Assembly (NCBI GenBank): GCA_965112735.1
Contig: OZ218950.1
Span: 1,860,001 to 1,924,000 of the forward strand
Source of the DNA: Phaeosaccion multiseriatum
Taxonomy: Eukaryota; Protista; Ochrophyta, other classes
Reading direction: 5' to 3'
DNA length: 64,000 bases
Numbering within the stretch: the stretch's first letter is position 1; every line of letters starts with the position of its first letter. The notes beneath the pieces were generated by a model. The model was not told where the DNA came from, did no database searches, and was given only the letters and a program-made list of their open reading frames with translations. Both the position numbers and the translations under genes were made by a program. This document shows, piece after piece, positions 1 through 12,200 of this stretch.

Positions 1-134
1 AAGAGGAGGGAGGGTATTACAGCAGCTCTTCGTGTCTGTCAGCAGCCTCATCACCCCCCCCCCCGTCCCCGGGAGCTGCTGCGGCGGCGAGGCGAGGAGA
101 CACGCCGGGTGGTCCTGGGCGTGCGCGAGAGGGG

Positions 135-1518
135 ATGCTAAGTGAGGGACACGTATCGAGCTCTTGGTCTCTGAAGGAGGAAGGGGAGGAAGGGGAGAGG
201 GAGGTGTGGCATCGCCAAGAGCCCCGCATGGTGAGCGAAGAGGAGGAGGAGGAGGAGGAGGAGGAGGAGGAGGAGGAGGAGGAGGAGGAGGAGGAGGAGG
301 AGGAGGAGGAGGAGGAGGAGGAGGAGGAGGAGGAGGAGGAGGAGGAGGAGGAGGAGGAGGAGGAGGAGGAGGAGGAGGAGGAGGAGGAGGAGGAGGAGGA
401 GGAGGAGGAGGAGGAGGAGGAGGAGGAGGAGGAGGGGGAAGAGGAGGCCGACCACCGCAGGAGAGAGGAGCAAGGAGGGGTGGGAGTAAAGACCGCTGGG
501 ACTGAGGTGACGCGTGAAGTGGGGAGGGGGCTCCTCCGAGGCTCGAGTTATCGATGGCATGAGGACAGGCAAAGATACGAAGAGAAGGAAGGATCAGGGG
601 AGGAAGACAACGCAAGTCGCAGCCAATGGAGGGCAGCAGTTGGTGGTACAGCAGCAGCAGGACCCACAAGTGTTGGAGCAAGAGTCGTCGGGCTGGACGG
701 GAGCAGTGATGTCAGCAGGCGGCTCTCTCGGAGGAGAACCGTCTTCCACCCCGGGGTCAGCGCCGACGGTTTCCACGCCGGGGTGGGGCCTCGGGCCGGC
801 ACAGACGCCTTCTCCTTCCTCCGAGATGAGAAAGCCAAGATGCGAGCGGCGTCTGCGGGGCCTGGGGTACAAAGAGGGGTGGCGGTTGGTGATACAGACA
901 GAGCCGGAGCAGGAGGAGCATTGCTGATGGCTTGTACCGGTGAAGAGCACGGCGTGGTGGAGGGGAGGAGCCTGAGGGCAGCAGCTGAGGATGGAGGGAG
1001 CAGAAGAAGAAGAGAAGAGGAGAGGGCGCTGGGGGGCATGGTGGAGCGGCATCGACAGGCATGCCTCCATCGCTTGGGACGGGCCCCGTTTGAGCACGTG
1101 CTAGACTTCATTCGCGACGCAGGAGTGACAGACACCCCCACCGGAGGAGGAGGAGGAGGAGACGCATCGCAGCAGGTAAATGTCTGTCCCGGGCTCCAAG
1201 AGGCAAGACCGATCCGATATCGAATGGTAGACTTTATGGGCCGGCAGAAGAACCCTTCCCCTGACTTAACGACTGCATCCCTCCCCCTTGTTGCAGGAGG
1301 CGCGCCTCGCGGAGCTGCAGAGCTACCTGGTGTCAGAGAGAGGTCTGACGCTGCTGCAAGCGTCTGAGAGCGTCTTCCTCGCGCAGAAACTCATCGCCTT
1401 CGAGCAGGCCCTGCAGGACTGTAGAGGAGGCCGTGGTGGGGGCAAGCAGCAGAAAGACATGGATGTCCAGCATCGTCACCGCCATTTGGAGTGCCACCAC
1501 AGCCCAGTAGTGCAGTGA
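135..1518 (+). pseudogene. Low-complexity ORF with a degenerate BTB/POZ (KCTD-like) remnant; probable gene fragment
   Basis: Around 1050-1118 the sequence reads IDRHASIAWDGP, then changes frame to FEHVLDFIRD, resembling the KCTD BTB motif FIDRDxxxFxxILxFLR. A plausible GT..AG intron (~1175-1297) leads to EARLAELQSYL. The N-terminal part is a (GAG)n poly-E run. Confidence 0.3.
238..435. repeat. (GAG)n microsatellite, ~65 units
   Basis: Directly visible. Confidence 0.95.
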
Positions 1519-1547
1519 TATAATATCATAATATCCAGTACGGTTCA

Positions 1548-1805
1548 TCGGCTCCAGGCGAGGTTTCTCGGGCCCGATAAAGCAGAAGCCTGCGGCGGCC
1601 TGCGGCCGAAAGTAAGAAGCCTGCGGCTGGCCTGCGGCCAGAAGCCTGCAGAAAGTAGCGAAAAGCCTGCCAAGTCCCCCATTTTTCTCCCAGCCTGCGA
1701 AGCCTGAAGCCTGACCATGGCCTGCGGCCAGAAGCCTGCGCTGGCCTGCGGCCAGAAGCCCGACGCCAGAAGCCTAAAGCCCGAGAAACCTCGCCTGCGA
1801 GCCGA
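1548..1805. mobile_element. MITE-like non-autonomous TIR element (~260 bp)
   Basis: TCGGCTCCAGGCGAGGTTTCTCGGGC (1548-1573) is the reverse complement of GCCCGAGAAACCTCGCCTGCGAGCCGA (1779-1805) apart from a 1-nt indel. The interior is packed with GAAGCCTGCG/GGCCTGCGGCC subterminal repeats. CGGTT occurs at 1541-1545 and 1806-1810 and may be a TSD; the exact ends are uncertain. Confidence 0.7.
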
Positions 1806-1924
1806 CGGTTGTTATAAACGGGCGGGCGATGGATTTGAAGTCGAGAGTGCCCTTTGGCGAGTGGTATGTCTATTTTTCAGAGCTTCCTACACTACTTTGA
1901 CAGGGGAGGTGTGGTACCGAAGCA

Positions 1925-2148
1925 GTCTCGGGACGAACAGCGTCACCTGAAATCGATCAAGCAGCCTTACCGCCCTTCCTGCTTTATACCCCCTGCAGCT
2001 CCAATGCACGTGATCGTACTTTCGCTAGACTGATGCCTCTACTGGCTAGGCATGAGTCAAGTACGACTTTAGCACGTGGGGATAGACCCCAAAGCTGCCC
2101 CCCTCCAGCTGGCTGGAGGTTGGCAGCGCTTGATGGAAGCATCGCTCG
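1925..2148 (-). ncRNA. Putative Fanzor omegaRNA: scaffold ~2148-1947 plus guide ~1946-1925
   Basis: Lies immediately 3' of the Fanzor stop codon. Helices visible: enclosing stem 2128-2134/1956-1962, hairpin 2094-2127 (GCTGCC..CCTCCAGC / GCTGGAGG..GGCAGC), and a 72-nt nested stem 2007-2078 (CACGTG, TCGTACTT/AAGTACGA, GACT..ATGCCT/AGGCAT..AGTC). The structure ends at GATCGATTTCAGG, an IS607-like right end. The boundaries are inferred. Confidence 0.7.
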
Positions 2149-3944
2149 TCACCTGGACCATGTCATTGTCAACCCTTGGTCCACGATGCTCTTGATGAAT
2201 ATGTTGCGGGCCCCATTCACGTCTCGCCCGCATCTAAAGTTGCAAAGGTGGCACCGGAACACCTTTGCACCACCCAGATTGTAGCGTACGGCGCCACACT
2301 CGGAGCACGTCTTGCTCGTGTACTCCTCTGTCACCATGACGACGTTGGTCCCCTTCTCGAGAGCCTTGGCTTTCAGCATCTCGCGAAATTTATAGTGGGA
2401 CCATGTCATCATGGCTCTGGCCGTCTTGCTGTTGATCCTGCGGAAGCCACGGGCCTGCTGCCTCCTCCGCACCATATCCTGGGTGTTGAACTTCGGCAGG
2501 AAGACAACATCGTACTCATCACACAAATACTTGCATGTCTTTCGGTGCACATCCTTCACGAGATTCTTGAGGCGCCGGATCGCACGATGCCACGCTCGAC
2601 GCCGCCGATAGCGGACCTTGGGCTTGACTGTATCATCGACGGATCGAGATTGTAGACGATCCAGGTGTGCACAAAGTCGATAGACGCGCCCCACATCGCC
2701 CGGGGCCACCTCCGTGACAACTCCGTGGTGATCGATGACGGTGTTGAATGTGCGCACACCTGGGTCCAGCGCACACAATCGAAGGTCGCTGGCATCTCCG
2801 TCAAAATCCTTCTTCAGAACCCTCTTCTCCGTAACCACCGCCCAGAAGTTGCCGCACCTGGAGGAAATGGAGATTTTGATGATATCGCAAGAAGGCAGGG
2901 CGGTTTCAGATGAGATTAGATGGTCCATAAGTCAATGGCCCAGGCCCAGGCAGATACGTTGATAGCTACACACCTGTCCTTCTGAAGAATGAGCTCTCCT
3001 CCCTCGAAGGCACTGAGGTCCTCACACGCACGAAGGGGCTCGCCGTTGGTGAAGGTGGTGAAGAGTTTAAGACCACATCCCCCGTCCTCGAGCTCCTCAG
3101 TCTTCCATGTTTTGCCTGGCACTCTCATGGTCTGCACGTCCTTCTTCCGTCTGAAGCGCAGCTCGTACTGGTGTTCGGGGTTTTTCCTGCGCTTGGCCTT
3201 GTTGCTCTCGTCGGCCTTGAGAAGATCCACCATCGCCGCGTCCCGGATTGCCGCAGGCGTCTCCAGCACCCACGCTGTTCTGCGCGGAGTTGGAGCAGCA
3301 TCCCGTCGGTCTGGCTTGTTCTTCCTCCCGCTACCCGGTCCCTTTCTCCTCTTGTTGTTGTTGACGCGCCGCGGCTTCACCCCTCCATGCACATGGAGCC
3401 CGACGACCTTGGCGCGAAAGTCCTTCGCACTCATTGCGCATTTGCCCTGCTTGTGCATAGAGAGGCACTTATTGTAGGTCCATCTTGAAGTCCCAAACCA
3501 TCCGTTCAGCCTCTTGGTCCAGGCCGGAGTCGGACGAAGCTGGATGCGCCTGGCACGATTCTCGGTCGCGATGTCCTCCTCTTCTTCCTCCACCCTCCTC
3601 CTCTTCTTCCTCCATCCTCTTCTCTTCTTCGCGTCTTGGATCACCCCGCCCATTCTCTCCGCCCAAGAAGCAGTCGCCTGTGGCCAGGAGAACCTTGGCC
3701 ACCCCGGCCCACGGGGCAAGGTTGGCACCACCTTGACCAGTCTCCACCATGCTTTTCGTGCGTGCACTCCGTCAGCAGGCCTTGAGGCGTTCTCGTCCGT
3801 CACGGTAGTCTGAGCCGGGTCGCGGAGACGGAAGAGCCACTCGCGCGCCACAGTGGAGCACCAGTGGTTCCAGAAGGGCCGGAACGGGGGACCTGCTGGA
3901 TCCCTTGGCTGGTTTACTCCGGAGAAGTCTACGCTCTCCTCCAT
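2149..3944 (-). CDS. Fanzor2 (IS607 TnpB-like RNA-guided endonuclease), ~559 aa, two exons (3944-2974, 2857-2149)
   Basis: Motifs present: HTH_OrfB-like RARRIQLRPT..WFGTSRWTYN, WVLETPAAIRDAAMVDLLKA, RuvC-I CALDPGVRTF (Fanzor D-P-G), relocated RuvC-II Glu in VTEEYTSKTC, Zn finger CSEC..CHLC, and RuvC-III RDVNGARNI. Removing the intron GTGTGT..TTTCCTCCAG (2973-2858) restores the frame and gives LILQKDRCGNFWAVV. Confidence 0.92.
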
Positions 3945-4080
3945 GGACACATGCCGTCTAAGGAAAAAAAATGAGTGGCGGAGCTTTGGGCTTGCTTTGA
4001 CGTGTTTCGAGCCCTTTTCCACAAGCGAGGATGGCACTATATGTGTTTCCTTCTTTCTCTCTTTTGGTACTGTAGTACCC

Positions 4081-4200
4081 TCGGCTCCAGGTTTCTCGGG
4101 CTTTAGGCTTCTGGGCCGTAGCTACCCCCCTCCAGGCTTCGGGCTTCTGGCCGCAGGCCAGTGGTCAGGCTTCAGGCTTCTCAGGCTGGCTGGGAGAAGA
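4081..4200. mobile_element. Second, diverged end of the same TIR family, inverted relative to 1680-1805
   Basis: TCGGCTCCAGGTTTCTCGGGCTTTAGGCTTCTGG..GGCTTCTGGCCGCAGGCCA..TGGTCAGGCTTCAGGCTTC..GCTGGGAGAA aligns with the reverse complement of 1680-1805. No partner TIR was found downstream. Confidence 0.7.
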
Positions 4201-4448
4201 AAAGAAAAAAAAATAGGGGGGGGGGGGGAACGCGCACACACACAGGCCCTACAAGGCAGCTTAAGCTGGGCAGATGACCTGACCCGCCTTGATGTAGCTT
4301 TTGGGCAGATGACCAGACCAACTTAAGGACTGTCTGAAGTATACTTATTTTTTTATTATTAATTAATAAAAAATTAATATTAAAAAACAACTGTCACCAC
4401 CATCTGCGCCAACTCGCTCCCGGGTGGGCAGGCCTTCAGCCGGCTTCA

Positions 4449-6420
<1,972 letters not shown>

Positions 6421-7469
6421 AAACTGTTCCCTATCCAGGCCCCGAAGGTGGACCAAGAAGCGGCATACGGCCCGCTACACCGCACAGAAGAGCCCCCCGT
6501 GCACACCTGTCTCTAATTGTCACACACCCCTCATCACATTATTTTTAGATGGTATCTTCCTACACATGCCAATGACGAAACTGTCGACCATGCATAATCC
6601 TGTTTTTTAGCTTTGTCCGATCATTCATCTGATCTTGCAGAGCGTTGGGGGCGCGGCTTGGACCGGGAAAGTGGCTCTTATGAGAGAGGAGGAGATTCAT
6701 CTGCTCGCTGTAGTCGGGTGAGTAACTGTGTTTTTGTCTTCCCCTCTTTTTTACCCTTCCCGCTCCTGCCTCCTTTCCCGCCCTCGCCCTGGCTTCCATT
6801 GTACACGCTGCTCGCCGTGCTCTGACATTCTTACTATGCGTTTGACGTATGCGACAGGCGAGTTCTCATGGGATGGGCGATGGTGATGGCACCGGTCGAC
6901 GCGAGCTGTTGCGGGAGGGGGGGGGTTCCGACCGTTGGAAAAGTCAGTCCCATTATGAGGACAGAGGGAACACTGACAGCCCTTACAGCCAACAGGTAAA
7001 TTTCTCGGCACTAGTCAAATCACCCCCGTCCCCTCCCTCTTCTCTTTTCTTTGAAGACCTCTGCAGCTCTGCGAACTCTGCTCGCCCTGCTCTGACATTC
7101 TTGCCATGCTTTTTTTCCACAGGGGGATGCGCGATGACGAGGGCACGGGATTTAGCGATATGAGATTGACATCTAGTGTCGACTACTGTTCTGCGGCATC
7201 CCCAAGATCGACCTCAAGCCGTGTATCATGGGGACTACCGCAGACAGGTGAGGGGGTCACGGGTGTCTGGTGTCTAGGTAGTCGATAAATGGTGTCGGAG
7301 CGTTGCCCGATACCCAAGAAAGGAAGGACCCAACGCCCCCCTCCCTTTCCTTCTCTCCTTCCCTCCCTCTTTCTCACCCACCCCTCCGCTCCCTCCCTCT
7401 CCCTCCTCCCCTCCCTTTCCCTCCCTCTCCCTCCCTCCCTCCCTCCATCCATCCATCCATCTCCCCTCA

Positions 7470-8154
7470 GGGCGATTCCCACTCCGTGATTAAGTGGTTC
7501 TGGGAAGTAGTCACCGACCTTTCCGACGAAGAGATGGCACGCTTCCTCCAATGGGCCACAGGGAGTAGGGCCGCCTGCCCTCCCACGGCTTCAAGGCCCT
7601 TCCGTCCAACGAGGGTGGCAACTTTCGCAGCTTCACCATTCAATCCATGCGGAAACGGTGAGTGGTGTGGAGGGGAGGGGGGAAGGGATGTAAAAAGACT
7701 GACAGGGTTGAGGTGCCTCCCCTCTCTCCCCTCGCTCCCCCGGCCCATGCATTGCCCTCCCATATTCCCCTAATCTCGCAACTTAGAGAGTCCTTCTTCC
7801 CGAGAGCGCTCAATAAATGAAATGACCAACTCACCTATGACAAATGGCTGCTTCATCTCGCCCCCGTATTCCCCTTATGCGCGTATTTGCTCTTGCGTTG
7901 TTGGCGCTCTTCCTCCTTTTCCTCGGATGCTGCACCTTGCCTCATGCCGCCCCATCCGTTCCCTACGCACACACACGCGCATCCTCACACACACACGCAC
8001 ACACACACGCACACACATAGGCACACATACTCAAATGTACCCGTTAGCCTGCTTCAACCGCGTGGATCTGCCCTTGTACGAGAGCAAGAGGGAGTTGGCC
8101 CAGTACCTCACCGTCGTTGTCAACATCGACGTGACGGGATTCGGCATGGACTAG
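7470..8154 (+). pseudogene. C-terminal fragment of a HECT E3 ubiquitin ligase (two exons)
   Basis: VIKWFWEVV..EEMARFLQWATGS is followed by a frameshift (~7567) to RLPSHGFKAL. The second exon YPLACFNRVDLPLYESK..TGFGMD* lacks the HT of the canonical AHTCFN motif. No upstream HECT exons are visible. Confidence 0.75.
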
Positions 8155-8245
8155 TCACAGGTTGTAGCACCAACACGTCAACATCGACGCTTCGGGATTC
8201 AGGATGGGATAGGTCAAGACAGCAAAGGCTACGTGTGGTGGTACT

Positions 8246-8882
8246 GTGCTGAGTAGTGAAGGCTGGTATCACCACACCAACCCAATCGGAGAGGAGGAGG
8301 AGGAGGAGGAGGAGGAGGAGGAGGAGGACAAAGAGCTGCGAGAAGCGACAGCAGAGCATAGCACATTGTATGTACATGTACACTACAACGGCGGCAGGGG
8401 CGGTGGCAGCTGCAACAGCGGCACCTGTGGTGACTCGGCGCAAGAACCGAAGAGGAAGAAGAAGAGGAAGCTGCCGACGGGGGAAGGTCCAAGCCCAACC
8501 GCGACCAACAAGTCGGCCCTCTGGACATTCGCCCTCGAGTTGATCACCAAGGCTTACCCGGTGGGAGGCGGCGGTGGGACAGAAGGCCTTCATCAAATTC
8601 AAAGACGACGGTCGTGCAAAGAGCCTTCTGGGTTGCGTCAGGGCTGCGCTTGAGACCGTGCCCGAACAGCTGGAGCACACGCAAAAGCTTCAGGTGTTCA
8701 GAGAGATTGAGGAGCTCAAGAAGCGGCACAAGGCCGTGACGGCTTTAAGACAGGATTATGAGGCCAGATGGGTATGGAAGTGGGAGTTCCCCCGACCGCC
8801 CCCCCCTTGCAGCCCGTGTAAAGAGGTTGTTGTCGATGATGTAGCTCCCCCATTAAGAGAGGCGGAGAGGCAGCGTGAGTGA
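8246..8882 (+). pseudogene. Frameshifted ORF of unknown function with an NLS-like KRKKKRK
   Basis: Two overlapping protein-like ORFs (8246-8653 and 8574-8882) join by a frame change near 8575. No family was recognised. Confidence 0.3.
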
Positions 8883-9205
8883 GTCAGACGTTTTCATAAT
8901 TTAATTCCTGGCGCCTTACCCTTGCACCCTCCTCTCTCCCGTGTGCTCTGTACATCATCTCCTACAACCTTTTACTACTATAACGAGAAACGTGAGTCTC
9001 ACACAAAAAGTCCCAACTATCCTTGTCATGATATGATACAGAGGCGCCCCCGCCGGGCCCTAACATACGACTCCCTCCTCCTCCTCCTCCTCCCACTCCT
9101 TCCAGTCCCTCCCAAGCGCTGTCGACCTCCGCCTCACGGACCGAGTGGTGGATGATCACGGAGCATCAGCAGCAGCAGTTGGTGATACAAGCAGGCCCTC
9201 TCAGC

Positions 9206-12200
9206 TTATGTGTTGTTAATCTCCTCCCACTCGTGCTTGGCTATCTTTGAATAGAACTTCCCTTGGTGCTTCTCCCTGTTGATGCGCCAGTAGTGCTCCG
9301 GCATTGGGGCAGACTTGGAGTGCGTCTTCAGCTTCTGACTCATTGTAGAGACGAACTCCTCGTCGTGAGTGATCACGACGAGCTGGAACTTGGCCGCCTG
9401 GCAGGCAGGGGGTGGAGGGATGGCAGTCAATTGATGGGGGGGGGGGTTGGGTGCGTGCGTGGGTGAGAGAGAGACGAGAGAGAGGCCCATAGAGAGAGAG
9501 AGAGAGAGAGAGGGGTCGAGTGGGTGGCCTGTATAGCCTAATTCCCTCGCCCCTACGCACCCACCCCCACACGTGTCACCACCATACCCACATCCGACTC
9601 CCCTCCACTGCCATCCCTTGCATGGTACTTCCACTGCCATCCCTGACAGGGTACCTACCTTCTGGGACCTATCGGCGATGATCTTGGCCAGCGCCTCGGC
9701 CAAGCCCTGCAGCAGCAGCAGCAGCAGCAAGGTTTATTGATTGTTAAATCCATCAGCACTGTCAATCACTCAATCACTCAATCACTCCATCAACACATCA
9801 ATCAGTCATGGGAGGAACGAAGCACTTGCAGCAGCAGCGGGAGAGGCAGCACCAGCAGCAAACACATTGTTTTGTTCCGTCCGGAGAGAGGGCGTGCCTT
9901 GTTCCGACCGGGAGGCGAAAGTCCCTCCCGTACACATGTCCTTCTCCACAGCAAGGAGGGCTGCGGAGAAGGACAAAACTTCTCTCCCTCCCTCCCCCCT
10001 CACTCTCTCCTCACATTCTTGTTGTCCTTGTCGAGGTTGGTGGTAGGCTCATCCAAGGCAAGTACGCTGCACTTGAGGCAGAACGTCTCTGCCAGGGCGA
10101 GGCGGATCACAATGCTCGCCAGCACCCTCTGCCCCGCCGAGCAGCGGCCCTTCATGTCCAAGTTGGCTGCAGACGGCCAGCCATTGGATGCCATCCATAA
10201 AGAGTGGGGAGGAGGAGGAGGAGGAGGAGGAGGAGGAGGAGAAGGAGGGGGGGGGGAGGAGGGAGAAGCCAGTGCGAGTTTGAGTTGGCAAAGGCGAGGA
10301 ATGAAGAACCCAACAGGTGCAATTGACATGGCATCATGACATAGCAATGCATGCGCCATTCACCTCTCCCTACACACTCATGCACTCACCTCCGTCCTTG
10401 GTCATTGCCACGCGGTAGTTGTAGGATCGCCTGGCCTTGGTGCTTCCCCCCTCCTCCCCCGACACGATCTCAATCTTGTCAATGTCCTGCCCCTTGTATG
10501 TCTCTCCCCACAGCTGGTGCACGGCCTTGTTGATGTCAGCGATCTTCATGGCGTGGTATTCCAACAGAGACTTGTGTGTACATGTGTGTGTATTACGGGG
10601 CGGGCAGTTGCAGGTGCAGATTGAGTTTGCAAGCTTCAGTCTCACATTCACACATTGAACGGATGACCGACCGACTTGACCAGGCTTCTCGCCCCTCCGA
10701 CGTAAAACCCTGTATGACACGTCCCCACCGCCTATCTTCAAACACACACACAAACTCACGCACGCACGCACGCACACACACACAGACACTAACGCACGCA
10801 CTACCTCACCCACATACCCGTACCCCCCCCCCCCCCCGTACCTTGTCCAGGGCAAGCCAGAACTTGTCGAGGTCTTTGACTGCCATCTCCGTACAGGAGA
10901 ACTCCTGTTGCTTCTGGCAGTGCTTGGCCTTGACATCTTGGTAGTCATCAGCCCTCAGACTCCTCTTTAGTTCCTTGTGCCTCTCATGCAGCGTCGAATA
11001 CTTCCCCCTCTGCTCGGCCTTGTCAGACTCGAGCGTACGCAAGCCCGCGTCCAGCGTGCTGATTTGGTCGTGCAGCGACCTTCCCCCAGCCCGCAGATGC
11101 TCCCCCTCCTTCTCTCGAATCTTCTCCTCCAGCGCCAATATCTCCCCCTGCATCGCCTCTCGCTCCTTCTCCATGGCAATGATGGTCAAGGCCTCCCTCG
11201 CATCCGACGCAAACTTGTCCTGCTCACTGCCATCGGCTTCCGCTTCGTCAAGCCGTGCCTGGGCCTCTAACCAGTGCTCGTTTGCCACTTTGCACCCCTC
11301 CTTGTTGCGCGCAATGTTTGCCTCATTCTCCTCCATTTGGCCCATCAGATCGCTCTCCTCTGACTTACTCAGCCTCTCCTGCAGGGACCTGGGGGGGTGG
11401 TGGGGGAGAGTGCGCGAGCGCCACGCCGACACACATACACACACGACAGAGAGAGAGAGAACAACGGCACCAAAACCCGGTCCCCCAAACACAAGGAAGA
11501 GTGAGGTGTGCTAACACAATGAGTTCCCGCCCTATCTGAGGGCCTCCTCCCTCCCCACCTGAAGGCATTTGCCCCCGCAGTTGTGTCGCTGAGTAAATCC
11601 TGCGCCTCGTCCTCGGCGGTACGGGCGTAGCGACGGAACTGCTCCAGCTCCTACTCATGTCAGTAGGCCGAGTGTATGGGCGGGGGTGGGGGGGCAACAA
11701 CAGGGAGGAGAGAGAGAGGGTGGAGAGAACAAGCACGAGTTAAGAAGAGGTGAGGGAGTGGGAGTGCTAGGAAAGCGAGAGAGATCAAGTAGACAAGCCA
11801 GTCGGATGATCGGCTTCTAGTGGGGGGGGGAGGGGAGGAAACCCCTTGAGAAGACACCTACAATCGAATACTCTTCCAAGCAGTCGTTTCCTTGCCGAGA
11901 GTACATCGACAAGACGCCCTCAAGCTCTCCACAATCAACGTGCCAACATGCCGAACATAGCTACGAATGGGAAAAGCAATTACGCACGCAAACCCCCTGT
12001 CTGTCTTGTGGCTTCTGGACAGCGCGCATACATGCAGCACACAGAGAACAGCCAGCAGCAACCCCTCTTTTTACCCTACCCACCTCTGACTTGCGGCCTA
12101 GCTCCTGCTTGAGAGGCAGCTCTCTCTCTTCCTGCTTGCGGATGTCCTCGCTCAGCTCCTGCCGCTGCATTCTGACCTCTGCCAGCCGCTTCCTCATCGT

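Noticed and set aside
1585-1780. CRISPR-like array of GAAGCCTGCG repeats beside a Cas12-related nuclease
   Set aside because: The repeats are ~10 bp, irregular, lack unique spacers and lie between TIRs, so they are subterminal transposon repeats.
1925-1945. Guide targeting the neighbouring TIR (shared CCCGAGA)
   Set aside because: Only 7 nt match, at the distal end of the guide; not significant.
2858-2973. Programmed frameshift or pseudogenisation between the two Fanzor ORFs
   Set aside because: A canonical GT-AG intron restores the frame and the conserved KDRCGNFW motif exactly.
4255-4415. TTAA sites, duplicated TGGGCAGATGACC and an AT-rich palindrome as a piggyBac/Kolobok end
   Set aside because: No matching opposite terminus was found in the window, so it cannot be supported.
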